Source: an uncultured Nannocystaceae bacterium (GTDB lineage Bacteria; Myxococcota_A; Bradymonadia; UBA7976; UBA1532). From it: 64,000 bases of DNA. This document shows positions 39,190-48,892 of this stretch, piece by piece. Position numbers and translations under genes: made by a program. The notes under the pieces are model-generated. The model made no database searches. It was given only the letters and a program-made list of their open reading frames with translations, and was not told the origin of the DNA. Position 1 is the first letter of the stretch; every line of letters begins with the position of its first letter. Location of the stretch: positions 27,594-91,593 of the forward strand of contig CAYOBQ010000002.1 in the NCBI GenBank assembly GCA_964402225.1, read 5' to 3'.

Positions 39190-42100
39190 TCGTTCACCGC
39201 AGCGACCGGGTCGAGGTGCTCGCGGAGCGGCTCACAGACCTCACGCAGACCCCGCCGGCGGATCCGCTCGCGCCGGAGATCGTGGTCGTCGACAGCCGCG
39301 GGATGGCGCGCTGGCTCGGCTTCCGCCTGGCCCAGCGGCTGCCCGTCTGCGCTCACTTCGAGTGGCCGTCGCCGGGGCGCTTCCTCTACGACTGCTTCGA
39401 AGCCGTCCTCGGCCCCGACGCCGTCGACTTCGCGGGCTGGTCCGCCGATCGACTCCTGTGGGCGGTCGCGCAGACGCTCCCCACGCTCACCGGTCGGCCC
39501 GACTTCGCCCACCTCGCCGCCTACCTCGGGGGCGACGCCCCCGGCGCGCGCAAGCCGGTGCTGTTGGCGCGAGAGATTGGCCGCGCGTTTGCGCGCTACG
39601 TCCGCTACCGCCCCGACCTCCTGCGCGCTTGGGACGATGGGGCCGGGGATGGCTGGCAGCCCGCCCTGTGGCGCGCGCTGCCGAACCACGACGCCGGCGC
39701 GCACCTCGCCCGCGTCGCCGACCGTTTCGCCGCGCGCGTGGGCCACGCCACCGCGGCGCTGCCGGCCCGCGTCTCTCTCTTCGGCCTCACGACCCTCCCG
39801 CCCCTCTACACAGAGGCGCTGCGCGCCCTCGGGCGCCACGTACCGGTCCACATCTTCGCGCTCACGCCCACCCTCGCCACCGAGGCGCACCCGCTCTACG
39901 CCTCCAATGGCCGGCTCTTCATGGATCTGGGCGCCTCGCTCGCGGACGCCCAAACCCTCCACGACGACTTCGCGGAGCCCGACGCGACGACCCTGCTGGG
40001 CGCGCTCCAGGCGGATCTCGTCGCAGGCCGCGTCCGACCACACGTCCTGGGCGCCGACGGCAGCGTGCAGATCCACGCCTGCCATGGGCCCATGCGCCAG
40101 GTCGAGGTGCTGCGCGACGCCCTCGTCTCCGCCTTCGACGCGCTCCCGGACCTCCAGCCGCGTGACGTCCTCGTGATGACGCCAGACATCGACACCTACG
40201 CGCCCCTCGTCCACGCCGTCTTCGCCGACGAGACGCCGGGTGTGCCCCCGATGCCCTTCCGCGTCGCAGACCGCGCCGCGCGCCACGGGAACCTCGTCGG
40301 CGAGGCGCTGCTGGCCACGCTCGCGCTGGTCGGTGGCCGGGCCGAGGCTTCGACGGTCACCGACCTCCTCGCCACGGGCCCCGTCCACCGGCGCTTCGGC
40401 GTCGACCCCGATGACCTCCCGCGCGTCCGCGGCTGGATCGCCGACTGCGGCATTCATTGGGGCATCGACGCCGACCATCGCGCGGCGTGGGGACAGCCAC
40501 CCGACGCCACCCACACCTGGCGCGCGGGCACCGACCGGATGCTCCTCGGGCGCGCGATGGCCGGTGACTGGCTACACCTCTACGGCGGCACCCTCCCCTA
40601 CGACGATGTGCAGGGCCGCGACACCCTCGTATTGGGTCGGGTGGTCGACTTCCTGGAGACCCTCTTCGAGCGGCTGCGCGCGATGGCGGATCCGCGACCC
40701 ATGGCGGAGTGGTCGGGCGCCCTCACGACGACCCTCGACGCGCTCTTCGCCAGCGGGGACACCGACGCCTCGCAGCACGTCCAACTCCGGGAGATCATCA
40801 CCCAGATGGTCCGCGACGCCGCCGCGGTCGGCGCGGATCTGCCGGTGAGCGTCGACGCCATCAGCGCCCTCATCGCCGCGCGGCTGGACGACCGGGGCGC
40901 GCCCACGGGCTTCCTCTCGGGGGCGATGACCTTCTGCGAGCTCGTCCCGATGCGCAGCATCCCGTTTCGGGTCATAGCGCTTGTGGGCATGGACGACGGC
41001 GCGTTCCCTCGCTCCGCCACGCGGCCAGGCTTCGACCTCGTCGACCGCGAGCCCCGGGCCGGCGACCGCAGCCGCCGCGACGACGATCGCGCCCTCTTCC
41101 TGGAGGCCGTGCTGGCGGCCCGGGACCGGCTGCTGGTGACCTACACCGGGCGCGACATCCACGGCAACCGGACGAAGGCGCCGGCGGTCCCCATCGGCGA
41201 GCTCATCGATGTGCTCGCCGACACCTTCCCGGGGGTGGAGCTTCGCCGTGAGCATCCGCTGCAGGCCTTCAGCCCGCGGAACTTCGACGCCGCCGGGCCG
41301 CGCAGCTACGACCGGGGCGCCCTGCGGGCCGCCGCGGCGCTCTCGAGCTCACGTCGGGAGCCCCCCGCGGCCTTCTTCGCCGAGCCGCTCCCGCCCCCCG
41401 AACCCGCGCCGATCGACCTCGACCTGCTCTGCCGCTTCTTCGAGGGGCCCGCCCGCGCGCTGCTGGGGCGCCGGCTCGGCCTCTGGTACCGATCCGACGA
41501 GGATCCGATCTCCGACGCGCGCCCCCTGGATCTCGACGGCCTCGCCCGCTGGAAGCTCGGCGACACGCTCCTCGGTCTCCGCCTGAAGCACCCCGGCCTC
41601 AACGCCTTCGAGGCGATGATGGCCAGCGGGCTCCTACCGCCAGGCCCCCCCGGGCGCGAAGCCTACGACCGAGCCGAGCGCACGGTGGGCAACCTCGTCG
41701 AGTCGATCGAGCGGGCCCGGGCGGGGGCCGCCTTCCACCCCATCGACGTCGATCTCGAGATCCCCTCGGACGGCGCGCCGGTGCGCCTCATCGGCCGCGT
41801 CGACCACCTCTATCCGGGCGGCCGAGTCCACCATCAGTTCTCGCGCGTACAACCGAAGCACCTCGTGTCTTGGTGGGTACGCCACGTCGTGCTGCACGTC
41901 GCCGCCGGCCCCGGCTCCAGCATCCTCCTCGGCCGCCCCTCCCGGGGAGAGGGCGTCCGCACGGAGCGCCTCGGCCCGATCCCCCTCGAGGCGGCCCGGA
42001 CGTGCCTCCTCGATCTGCTCTCGCTCTACGCGGAGGGCCAACGAACCGCGCTGCCCTTCTTCCCCGCCACCTCTCGCGCCTGGATGAGCCGGCTCCCGGA

Positions 42101-42281
42101 TCGCGCCGCCGCCGCCCAGGCCGCGCGCGCCGCCTGGTACCGGGAGCGAGACGCCTACTACGACCGCGCCTTCGGCCTCGGCGACACGCCCCCCCCGGCG
42201 TCGGCGGCGCTGCGGGAAGACTTCGCGACCCTGGCGAGGCGCATCTGGACGCCCTTCGACCGGGCCCGTGGTCGCGCATGA
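39186..42281 (+). CDS. recC: exodeoxyribonuclease V gamma subunit RecC
   Basis: LIVHRSDRVEVLAERLTDLTQ...PEIVVVDSRGMARWLGFRLAQRLPVCAHFEWPSPGRFLYDCF matches the RecC N-terminus (MLxVYHSNRLD...GM.WL...F.P..F.W). About 1030 aa. Directly followed by recB with an ATGA overlap. Start appears to be TTG. Confidence 0.85.
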   Translation: MIVHRSDRVEVLAERLTDLTQTPPADPLAPEIVVVDSRGMARWLGFRLAQRLPVCAHFEWPSPGRFLYDCFEAVLGPDAVDFAGWSADRLLWAVAQTLPTLTGRPDFAHLAAYLGGDAPGARKPVLLAREIGRAFARYVRYRPDLLRAWDDGAGDGWQPALWRALPNHDAGAHLARVADRFAARVGHATAALPARVSLFGLTTLPPLYTEALRALGRHVPVHIFALTPTLATEAHPLYASNGRLFMDLGASLADAQTLHDDFAEPDATTLLGALQADLVAGRVRPHVLGADGSVQIHACHGPMRQVEVLRDALVSAFDALPDLQPRDVLVMTPDIDTYAPLVHAVFADETPGVPPMPFRVADRAARHGNLVGEALLATLALVGGRAEASTVTDLLATGPVHRRFGVDPDDLPRVRGWIADCGIHWGIDADHRAAWGQPPDATHTWRAGTDRMLLGRAMAGDWLHLYGGTLPYDDVQGRDTLVLGRVVDFLETLFERLRAMADPRPMAEWSGALTTTLDALFASGDTDASQHVQLREIITQMVRDAAAVGADLPVSVDAISALIAARLDDRGAPTGFLSGAMTFCELVPMRSIPFRVIALVGMDDGAFPRSATRPGFDLVDREPRAGDRSRRDDDRALFLEAVLAARDRLLVTYTGRDIHGNRTKAPAVPIGELIDVLADTFPGVELRREHPLQAFSPRNFDAAGPRSYDRGALRAAAALSSSRREPPAAFFAEPLPPPEPAPIDLDLLCRFFEGPARALLGRRLGLWYRSDEDPISDARPLDLDGLARWKLGDTLLGLRLKHPGLNAFEAMMASGLLPPGPPGREAYDRAERTVGNLVESIERARAGAAFHPIDVDLEIPSDGAPVRLIGRVDHLYPGGRVHHQFSRVQPKHLVSWWVRHVVLHVAAGPGSSILLGRPSRGEGVRTERLGPIPLEAARTCLLDLLSLYAEGQRTALPFFPATSRAWMSRLPDRAAAAQAARAAWYRERDAYYDRAFGLGDTPPPASAALREDFATLARRIWTPFDRARGRA

Positions 42282-45200
42282 TCGACGCCTTCGACCTCAA
42301 CGGACCGCTGCCCGAGGCGTCGCTCTTGCTGGAGGCCAGCGCTGGCACCGGGAAGACCTACAGCATCGCCCACCTCTTCGTCCGCCTCGTCGTCGAGCGT
42401 GGCCTGGCGGTGGACCAGATCCTCGTCGTGACCTTCACCGAGGCGGCCACCGCCGAGCTTCGGGACCGCGTGCGCGCCCGGCTCCGCGACGCCGAGCACG
42501 CGCTGCGCGAGGGCGCCGCCCCCGACGATCCACCCCTCGCGGCGTGGATCTCCAACCGCGAGACGACCCGGGAGGCCGACGCCGCGAAGCTGCGCGAGGC
42601 GCTGCTGGGCTTCGACCGCGCCGCCATCTCTACGATCCACGGCTTCTGCCGTCGGATGCTCCTGCGCAACACCTTCGAGAGCGGCGCTCCCTTCGGCGTC
42701 GAGCTCGGGGGCGAGGACCGCGCGCTGCGGGAGGAGGTGGTGCGGGACTTCCTCGCCGTGGAAGTCAACGCCCGCGAGCCAGGGCGCGCCCGGGCGCTGC
42801 GCCGCTTCGCCTGGACCTCGTGGCTCAACAATCTCGCCCGCGCCGTCGCCGATCCCGACGTGGTGCTCCTCCCCCCCGCCGACCCCGAGGCGGACATCGA
42901 GGGCGCCCCCCATCGGTTCACGGCCTTCCTCCGCGCGGAGCTGGCCCGGCGCAAGGCGGCCCGGCACGTCCGCGGCTACGACGACCTCCTGCGCGCGCTG
43001 CGCGACGGGCTCACTGGAGGCCCGCTGGCCGACGCGCTGAAGGCGGCGGTCCGCGCGCAGTTCGCCGCCGCGCTCATCGACGAGTTTCAGGACACCGATC
43101 CCGTCCAGTGGGCGATCTTCCGCGCGGTCTTCGCCGAATCGGGGGCCCCGCTCTACCTCATCGGCGATCCAAAGCAGGCGATCTACAGCTTCCGCGGGGC
43201 CGACTTGCACACCTACCTGGACGCCCGGGAGGAGGTCGCCGGGGCCCGCGCGCTGGTGTGCAATCACCGCTCCACGAAGCGGCTGGTGGAGGCGACGAAC
43301 GCGCTCTTCGGAGGCCACGACGACCCATTTGGTCACCGACGCATCGAGTACGCGCCCGTCTCGGCCGCCCGGCCCTCGACGGCGGGCCCAGCGCCGCTCG
43401 AGCTGCGGTTCGTCCCCCGGGCGTGCGGCGAGCGCGGGCTGCCAGGGCTCGTCGCCGCGGATCTCGCTCGGGCCATCGAGCGACACGGCCGCGCCGGGGG
43501 CAACGCGGTGCTGGTGCGGACGCGGCGCCAGGCCCGCGACGTCCAATCGGCGCTGCGGCGGTGCGGCGTGCCCTGCGTTCTGCGAGGCGCCCAGAGCGTC
43601 TTCGAGTCGGAGGAGGCCGCCGCCACCGCCGATATCCTGGCGGCGATGCACGCCCCCGGCGACGCCGCGGCCGTCAAGCGGGCGCTCGTGACCTCGCTCA
43701 TCGGCGCCGACGCCGCCACCATCCTGAGCCTCGACCGCGTCGAGGACGCCTGGGATCGCTGGGTCGGCCGCTTCCGGGAGTGGGGCCGGCTGTGGCAATC
43801 GGAGGGCTTCATTCGGGCGTTTCGGCGACTCATGGCCGAGCTGTCGCTGCCCGCCACCCTGCTCGGGCGCCGGGGCGGTGAGCGCGCCGTCACCAACGTC
43901 GCCCACCTCTCGGAGCTGCTCCACCACGCCGAGACGCGGCGACGGCTCGACCCCCCCGCGCTGCTGGCCTGGCTGCGCCGACACATCGAGGACCCCGGCG
44001 ACGACGACGCCGCCCAGATCCGTCTCGAGAGCGACGCCGACGCGGTGGAGGTGCTCACCATCCACGGCGCCAAGGGCCTCGAATTCGACGCCGTCTGGGT
44101 GCCGTTTCTGCTGGAGGGGCGCGCGCTGTCGAAGACCGACAGGGAGATCCTCCGCTGCCGCTCGGACGGGCGGCGGGCGGTCCACTACGGGACCCTCGCG
44201 AGCAAGCGCGCCGCCCTCGCCGGTGCCGAGGCCGACGCCCGCGCGGAGGCCTCGCGGCTGCTCTACGTCGCGGTGACGCGGGCGCGCGAGCGTTGCACCT
44301 TGTATTGGGGCGCGCTCCACGGCCGCGGCTACGCCTCCCCGGTGGCGAGGCTCCTCTTCGGGCGCGACGGCGCAGACTTCGGGGCGGTCTGCGATCGGGT
44401 CAGCGGCCTCTCGGACGACGAGATGCAGCGCGAGCTCACGGCGCTGGCGTCGGACTCGATTCGGGTCACCGTGGCGTCGCGGGGGGAGGTCGAGTGGCGG
44501 CCACCACAGGCCCCCATCGCCGCCCCCGAGCTGGCCGCCCTCGAGACGAGCCGAGGGTCGCTCGACGCGCTGTGGCGGCGCACCAGCTTCAGCGGGCTCA
44601 CGCGCGGCGAGCTCCACGGGCCGCTGCCGGTGCGTGACGTGGACGCCGAGCCCGAGGACGCGGGCGACGAGCTCGACGTGCGCCCGGAGACCCCCATCGC
44701 GCTCCACGACTTCCGCGCCGGCGCCCTCGTCGGGACTTGCCTCCACCAGATCCTCGAGCTCCACGACTTCACGGAGCCCGACGACCTGCCCGGCGTGGTC
44801 ACCAGCTCGATGGCCGCCCACGGCCTCGACCTCATCGACGCGGAGCGCGTGACGGCGGCCCTGCGGGCGGCCATCGACACCCCCTTCGACACAGCGCGCC
44901 TCGCCGACATCCACCGCGCCGACCGCCTCTGCGAGCTGGACTTCACCTTCTCGGTCGCCGGGGGCTTCTCACCGACGCCCAAGGTGAGCCGAAAACGGCT
45001 GGCGGCGGTCTACGCGGCCCACGACCGTGGGGCGCAAGCAGACTCGATCCGCGCCCTCCACTTCCAGCCCTTCGGGGGCTTCCTCACCGGCTCGATCGAT
45101 CTGGTCTTTCGGCGCGATGGCCGGTTCTCGTTGGCGGACTACAAGTCGAACTTCCTGGGCCCGAGCGTCGCCGACTACGCCCCCGAGCGGCTCGCCGAAG

Positions 45201-45424
45201 CGATGCTCTCCCGCCACTACTTCCTCCAAGCGCATCTCTACACCGTCGCGCTCCATCGTTACCTGAGCTACCGGCTGCCGAACTACGACTACGCGCGCCA
45301 CGTGGGCGCGGCCTACTACCTGTTCCTGCGAGGCATGGATCCCGACCACCCGCCGGGCACGGGGGTCCACGTCGAGCGCCCCTGTGAGCGCTTCGTCCGC
45401 GCGCTGTCGGAGGCCCTCGATTGA
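42278..45424 (+). CDS. recB: exodeoxyribonuclease V beta subunit RecB (helicase/nuclease)
   Basis: LLLEASAGTGKTYSIAHLFVRLVV (Walker A, UvrD-like). DEFQDTDPVQWAIF (motif II). C-terminal PD-(D/E)xK nuclease region (IDLVFRRDGRFSLADYKSN). Confidence 0.9.
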   Translation: MIDAFDLNGPLPEASLLLEASAGTGKTYSIAHLFVRLVVERGLAVDQILVVTFTEAATAELRDRVRARLRDAEHALREGAAPDDPPLAAWISNRETTREADAAKLREALLGFDRAAISTIHGFCRRMLLRNTFESGAPFGVELGGEDRALREEVVRDFLAVEVNAREPGRARALRRFAWTSWLNNLARAVADPDVVLLPPADPEADIEGAPHRFTAFLRAELARRKAARHVRGYDDLLRALRDGLTGGPLADALKAAVRAQFAAALIDEFQDTDPVQWAIFRAVFAESGAPLYLIGDPKQAIYSFRGADLHTYLDAREEVAGARALVCNHRSTKRLVEATNALFGGHDDPFGHRRIEYAPVSAARPSTAGPAPLELRFVPRACGERGLPGLVAADLARAIERHGRAGGNAVLVRTRRQARDVQSALRRCGVPCVLRGAQSVFESEEAAATADILAAMHAPGDAAAVKRALVTSLIGADAATILSLDRVEDAWDRWVGRFREWGRLWQSEGFIRAFRRLMAELSLPATLLGRRGGERAVTNVAHLSELLHHAETRRRLDPPALLAWLRRHIEDPGDDDAAQIRLESDADAVEVLTIHGAKGLEFDAVWVPFLLEGRALSKTDREILRCRSDGRRAVHYGTLASKRAALAGAEADARAEASRLLYVAVTRARERCTLYWGALHGRGYASPVARLLFGRDGADFGAVCDRVSGLSDDEMQRELTALASDSIRVTVASRGEVEWRPPQAPIAAPELAALETSRGSLDALWRRTSFSGLTRGELHGPLPVRDVDAEPEDAGDELDVRPETPIALHDFRAGALVGTCLHQILELHDFTEPDDLPGVVTSSMAAHGLDLIDAERVTAALRAAIDTPFDTARLADIHRADRLCELDFTFSVAGGFSPTPKVSRKRLAAVYAAHDRGAQADSIRALHFQPFGGFLTGSIDLVFRRDGRFSLADYKSNFLGPSVADYAPERLAEAMLSRHYFLQAHLYTVALHRYLSYRLPNYDYARHVGAAYYLFLRGMDPDHPPGTGVHVERPCERFVRALSEALD

Positions 45425-47217
45425 TCGATATCTTCCGCGAGGCGAGGGTGCTCGGCCCCCTCGACGTGCACTTCGCGAACGCAATGGCGCGGCTGGGCGC
45501 CGGCCGTGACCCCTTGGTGCTGCTCGGGCTCGCCCTCGCCAGCCGCGCCCCCAACGAGGGTCACGTCTGCGCCGAGCTGTCCACGCTGAAGGACACCATC
45601 CGCCTGGAGGGCGATGAGGGCCGACCGCCCCCCGACCTCCCCTGGCCGGAGATCGGTCCTTGGTGCGCGGCCCTCAGCGCCTCCCCCGCGGTCCGCGGCC
45701 CGGAGTCGACGGAGCGCACGCCACTGGTGCTCGACCGCGACCGGCTCTACCTCGACCGCTACTTCCGCCACCAGCGACGTCTCGTGGCCTCGGTCTCCGC
45801 ACGCCTCGGGTGGCGTGACGACGTCGATCTGCCGCTGCTGACCGCCGGGCTCGACCGGCTCTTCGAGGGCAACGACCGCCAGAAGCTCGCCGCGGCGATG
45901 GCCGTGATGCGGGGGCTGACGGTCATCTCCGGCGGCCCCGGCACCGGGAAGACCACCACCGTCGTGCGTATCCTGGCGCTCCTCGTCGAGCAGGCGAAGG
46001 GCGGCCACCCCCCTCGGATCGCCCTCGCGGCGCCCACCGGGAAGGCCGGCGCGCGCATGGCCGAGTCGGTGCGCCGCGCGAAGGGCCTCGACATCGCCCC
46101 GGAGGTCGCCGCCGCCATCCCCGACGACGCCCAGACCCTCCACCGCCTGCTCGGCTTGCGCCCCAACCAGCCGACCGCCCGGCACCACGCCGGCAACCCG
46201 CTACCCCACGAGGTCGTCGTCGTGGACGAGGCGTCGATGGTCGATCTGGTGATGATGGATCGCGTCTTTGCGGCGGTCCCGCCCGGCGCGCGCCTGGTGC
46301 TGCTCGGGGATCGCGACCAGCTCGCCTCGGTCGAGGCCGGCGCGGTGCTCGGCGACGTCTGCCCGGAGGGGGGCCGAGGCTTCACGCCCTCGTTTGCGGC
46401 CCGGCTGGAGTCGGTGCTCGGCGCCCCGCCGCCCGCGCCCGTCGACGCCGACGACACGCCCGGCGTCTGGGACTCGGTGATCCAGCTCGACCACACCTGG
46501 CGCTTCGGTCCCGACAGCGGGATCCACGCCCTCTCGCGGGCGATCAACGAGGGCGACGGCCCACGCGCGGTGGCCTTGCTCGCCGACCCCTCCTACCCCG
46601 ACGTCACGCGCCTCCCGCCCGATGACGCGGCCCTCCATTCGCTGGCCGTCGACGGCTACCGGCCCTGCGCGGAGGCCACCGACGCAGACGGCGCCCTCGA
46701 CGCCCTCTCCCGCTTTCGCGTCCTGTGCGCCCACCGCCGCGGGCACCTGGGCGTCGGCGCCCTCAACCGTCGTATCGAGACGTGGCTCGCAGGTGACGGG
46801 CTCATCGACCCATGCGAGACCTGGTACCCGGGCCGCCCGGTCCTTGTGACGCACAACGACCACGGCCTGCGGCTCTACAACGGCGACGCTGGCGTGGTCA
46901 TGGCGCGGGGAGAGACCCGTCGGGCCTGCTTCCCGGGGGCCGACGGTCCCAGGATCTTCAGCCCCGCCCGGCTCCCCGCCCACGACACCGTCTACGCCAC
47001 CACGGTGCACAAGTCCCAGGGGAGCGAGTTCGACCACGTCCTCGTCGTCCTCCCCGAGGTCCTCTCGCCGATCGTGACCCGCGAGCTCCTCTACACGGCC
47101 GTCACCCGAGCCCGACACCGCGTCACCGTCGCGGCCACCGAGGCGGCCCTCGCCGACGCCGTCGGACAGCGCGTGCAGCGAGCCTCGGGGCTGCGCGCCC
47201 GCCTCTGGGGCGGGTAG
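45421..47217 (+). CDS. recD: exodeoxyribonuclease V alpha subunit RecD
   Basis: LTVISGGPGTGKTTTVVRILALL (Walker A). VVVDEASMVDL (Walker B). TVHKSQGSEFDHVLVVL (motif V/VI). 4-nt overlap with recB. Confidence 0.9.
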   Translation: MIDIFREARVLGPLDVHFANAMARLGAGRDPLVLLGLALASRAPNEGHVCAELSTLKDTIRLEGDEGRPPPDLPWPEIGPWCAALSASPAVRGPESTERTPLVLDRDRLYLDRYFRHQRRLVASVSARLGWRDDVDLPLLTAGLDRLFEGNDRQKLAAAMAVMRGLTVISGGPGTGKTTTVVRILALLVEQAKGGHPPRIALAAPTGKAGARMAESVRRAKGLDIAPEVAAAIPDDAQTLHRLLGLRPNQPTARHHAGNPLPHEVVVVDEASMVDLVMMDRVFAAVPPGARLVLLGDRDQLASVEAGAVLGDVCPEGGRGFTPSFAARLESVLGAPPPAPVDADDTPGVWDSVIQLDHTWRFGPDSGIHALSRAINEGDGPRAVALLADPSYPDVTRLPPDDAALHSLAVDGYRPCAEATDADGALDALSRFRVLCAHRRGHLGVGALNRRIETWLAGDGLIDPCETWYPGRPVLVTHNDHGLRLYNGDAGVVMARGETRRACFPGADGPRIFSPARLPAHDTVYATTVHKSQGSEFDHVLVVLPEVLSPIVTRELLYTAVTRARHRVTVAATEAALADAVGQRVQRASGLRARLWGG

Positions 47218-47239
47218 CCCGCCGTCGGTTTGACCCTCG

Positions 47240-47701
47240 TCAGTGGTAGATCGTGAGGTAGAGCTGCTCGTCCCCCCGGCGGAGCGCGACGCGCGCGTAC
47301 TCCTTGCCGGGGAAGCCAATCGAGATGTCTCGGCCGAGGGTGACGCAGGGCATCGAGATGCGCGCGTGGCAGCCGAGGGCCTTCTTGAGGCCACCGCAGA
47401 CCATGTTGACGACCTCGCCCACGATGTCCGAAGCGTGGGCGGAGTTGACGGCGTCGTCCTCGAGCTCGAACACATCGGCGGCGGTGGTCATCGCGAGGTG
47501 TCGTGAACACTCCAGCGTCACGACCCCCGTCCAGCCCCCCGTCAGGTGGATCCAGCCGAGGCAGCGCTCCGCGGGAAGCTGGGCGCCATTGCCCACCTCC
47601 AGCCCCACGTGCGTCAAGCAAGCCCAGCTCTCGCTCGCGATCTGGGCGAGCGCCTCGGCGGACAGGCCCGCGCCCCCGCTCACCGCCGGATGCGATAGCA
47701 T
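47240..47701 (-). CDS. CheX/CheC-like chemotaxis phosphatase domain protein
   Basis: SDIVGEVVNMVCGGLKKAL resembles the CheX E-x2-N-m-x-G-G signature. Small (~150 aa). Lies downstream of cheR. Confidence 0.6.
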   Translation of the reverse strand: MLSHPAVSGGAGLSAEALAQIASESWACLTHVGLEVGNGAQLPAERCLGWIHLTGGWTGVVTLECSRHLAMTTAADVFELEDDAVNSAHASDIVGEVVNMVCGGLKKALGCHARISMPCVTLGRDISIGFPGKEYARVALRRGDEQLYLTIYH

Positions 47702-48495
47702 GTCGTCCTCCCCATTCTCGTCGGTTGGAGCTCTGGATCGAGCCCCGTGATGTTCTCGCACCCGCCCACCATCAGGTAGCCATCGGGGTGCATCGCCCGC
47801 TTGGCGTGTCGTAGGACCCGACGCCTCACGCCGTCATCGAAGTAGATCAGCACGTTTCGGAGCAACAGCACGTCCACCCCGGACACTGGCGCGGCGTCGA
47901 GCAGGTTCGCTCGCTCGAACCGCACCCGACGGCGGATGCGGTCCGTGACCTGCCACTGCCCGTCCTGTTGACGCAGGTACTGCGCCTTGAGGTCGTCGGG
48001 GAGCCCACGCCGCACCTCGAAGTTCGAGTAGCGGCCCTCGCGCGCCTGCTCCAGCGCGCGCCCACAGATGTCGGTCCCGACGAGCTCGAGCCGGAGGGTC
48101 GGGGCGTGGGCGTCCGCCACCATCGCGATGCTGTAGAGCTCCTGTCCCGTGGAGCACGCCGCGCTCCAGATCCGTGCCGTGCGGCCGAGCCGGAGGAGCT
48201 CCGGGAGCAGGTGCTCCCGGAGCAGCTCAAAGGGGTGCTGGTCGCGGAAGAACGAGGTCTCGTTGGTGGTCATCGCGCTGACCACCTCGCGCACGTCTCG
48301 ACCCTTCTTCAGTCGACCGACGAGCTCGCCGAGATCCCGGCAACCGAGCTTCGTAGCCAGCCGCTCGAGACGCGGGCGCACCAACTGGGCGCGCTCCTCG
48401 TCCATCGTGATCCCTGCCCGATCGCGGACCAGACGACGGAGGTAGGCCAGCTCCTCGTCGTCGGATCCGCGCTTCACTGAGACTGCCCAATTCAT
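47680..48495 (-). CDS. cheR: chemotaxis protein methyltransferase CheR
   Basis: TNETSFFRDQHPFELL and RIWSAACSTGQELYSIAMV are the CheR SAM-MTase signatures. ATG overlaps the cheY stop (TGATG). Confidence 0.85.
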   Translation of the reverse strand: MNWAVSVKRGSDDEELAYLRRLVRDRAGITMDEERAQLVRPRLERLATKLGCRDLGELVGRLKKGRDVREVVSAMTTNETSFFRDQHPFELLREHLLPELLRLGRTARIWSAACSTGQELYSIAMVADAHAPTLRLELVGTDICGRALEQAREGRYSNFEVRRGLPDDLKAQYLRQQDGQWQVTDRIRRRVRFERANLLDAAPVSGVDVLLLRNVLIYFDDGVRRRVLRHAKRAMHPDGYLMVGGCENITGLDPELQPTRMGRTTCYRIRR

Positions 48496-48863
48496 CAGCA
48501 GGGCACCCCCAGGCCGGCGAGCTGTTGGCGCACGACGTCGCGGGTGAACGGCTTCGTCACGTAGCCCGAAGCGCCGGCGGCGATCGCTTGACCGACCTGC
48601 TCCTCCTCGGACTCCGACGTCACCATCACCAGCGGCGTCCGGACATACGCGTCCATGCCGCGGAACTCGCGGAGGAAGTCGTAGCCGTTCATCTCCGGCA
48701 TGTTCCAATCGACCATCACCAACTGCAGATCGTCGATGCAGCCGAGCTTCGCGAGCGCGTCTTTGCCGTGCTCCGCCTCCGTCACGGAGTAACCGCACTC
48801 GCGCAGGATGCGCGAGAGGATCATCCGAATCGCCCTGGAATCATCGATCACCAGCGCTTGCAT
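48495..48863 (-). CDS. cheY: CheY-like single-domain response regulator
   Basis: MQALVIDDSRAIRMILSRIL...LVMVDWNMPEMNGYDFLREFR...PLVMVTSESEEEQVGQAIAAGASGYVTKPF. GGAGGAG RBS. Contains the DD, D, T and K receiver residues. Confidence 0.85.
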   Translation of the reverse strand: MQALVIDDSRAIRMILSRILRECGYSVTEAEHGKDALAKLGCIDDLQLVMVDWNMPEMNGYDFLREFRGMDAYVRTPLVMVTSESEEEQVGQAIAAGASGYVTKPFTRDVVRQQLAGLGVPC

Positions 48864-48892
48864 CTGTCTCCTCCATCTGCCGCCTCGGGCGG

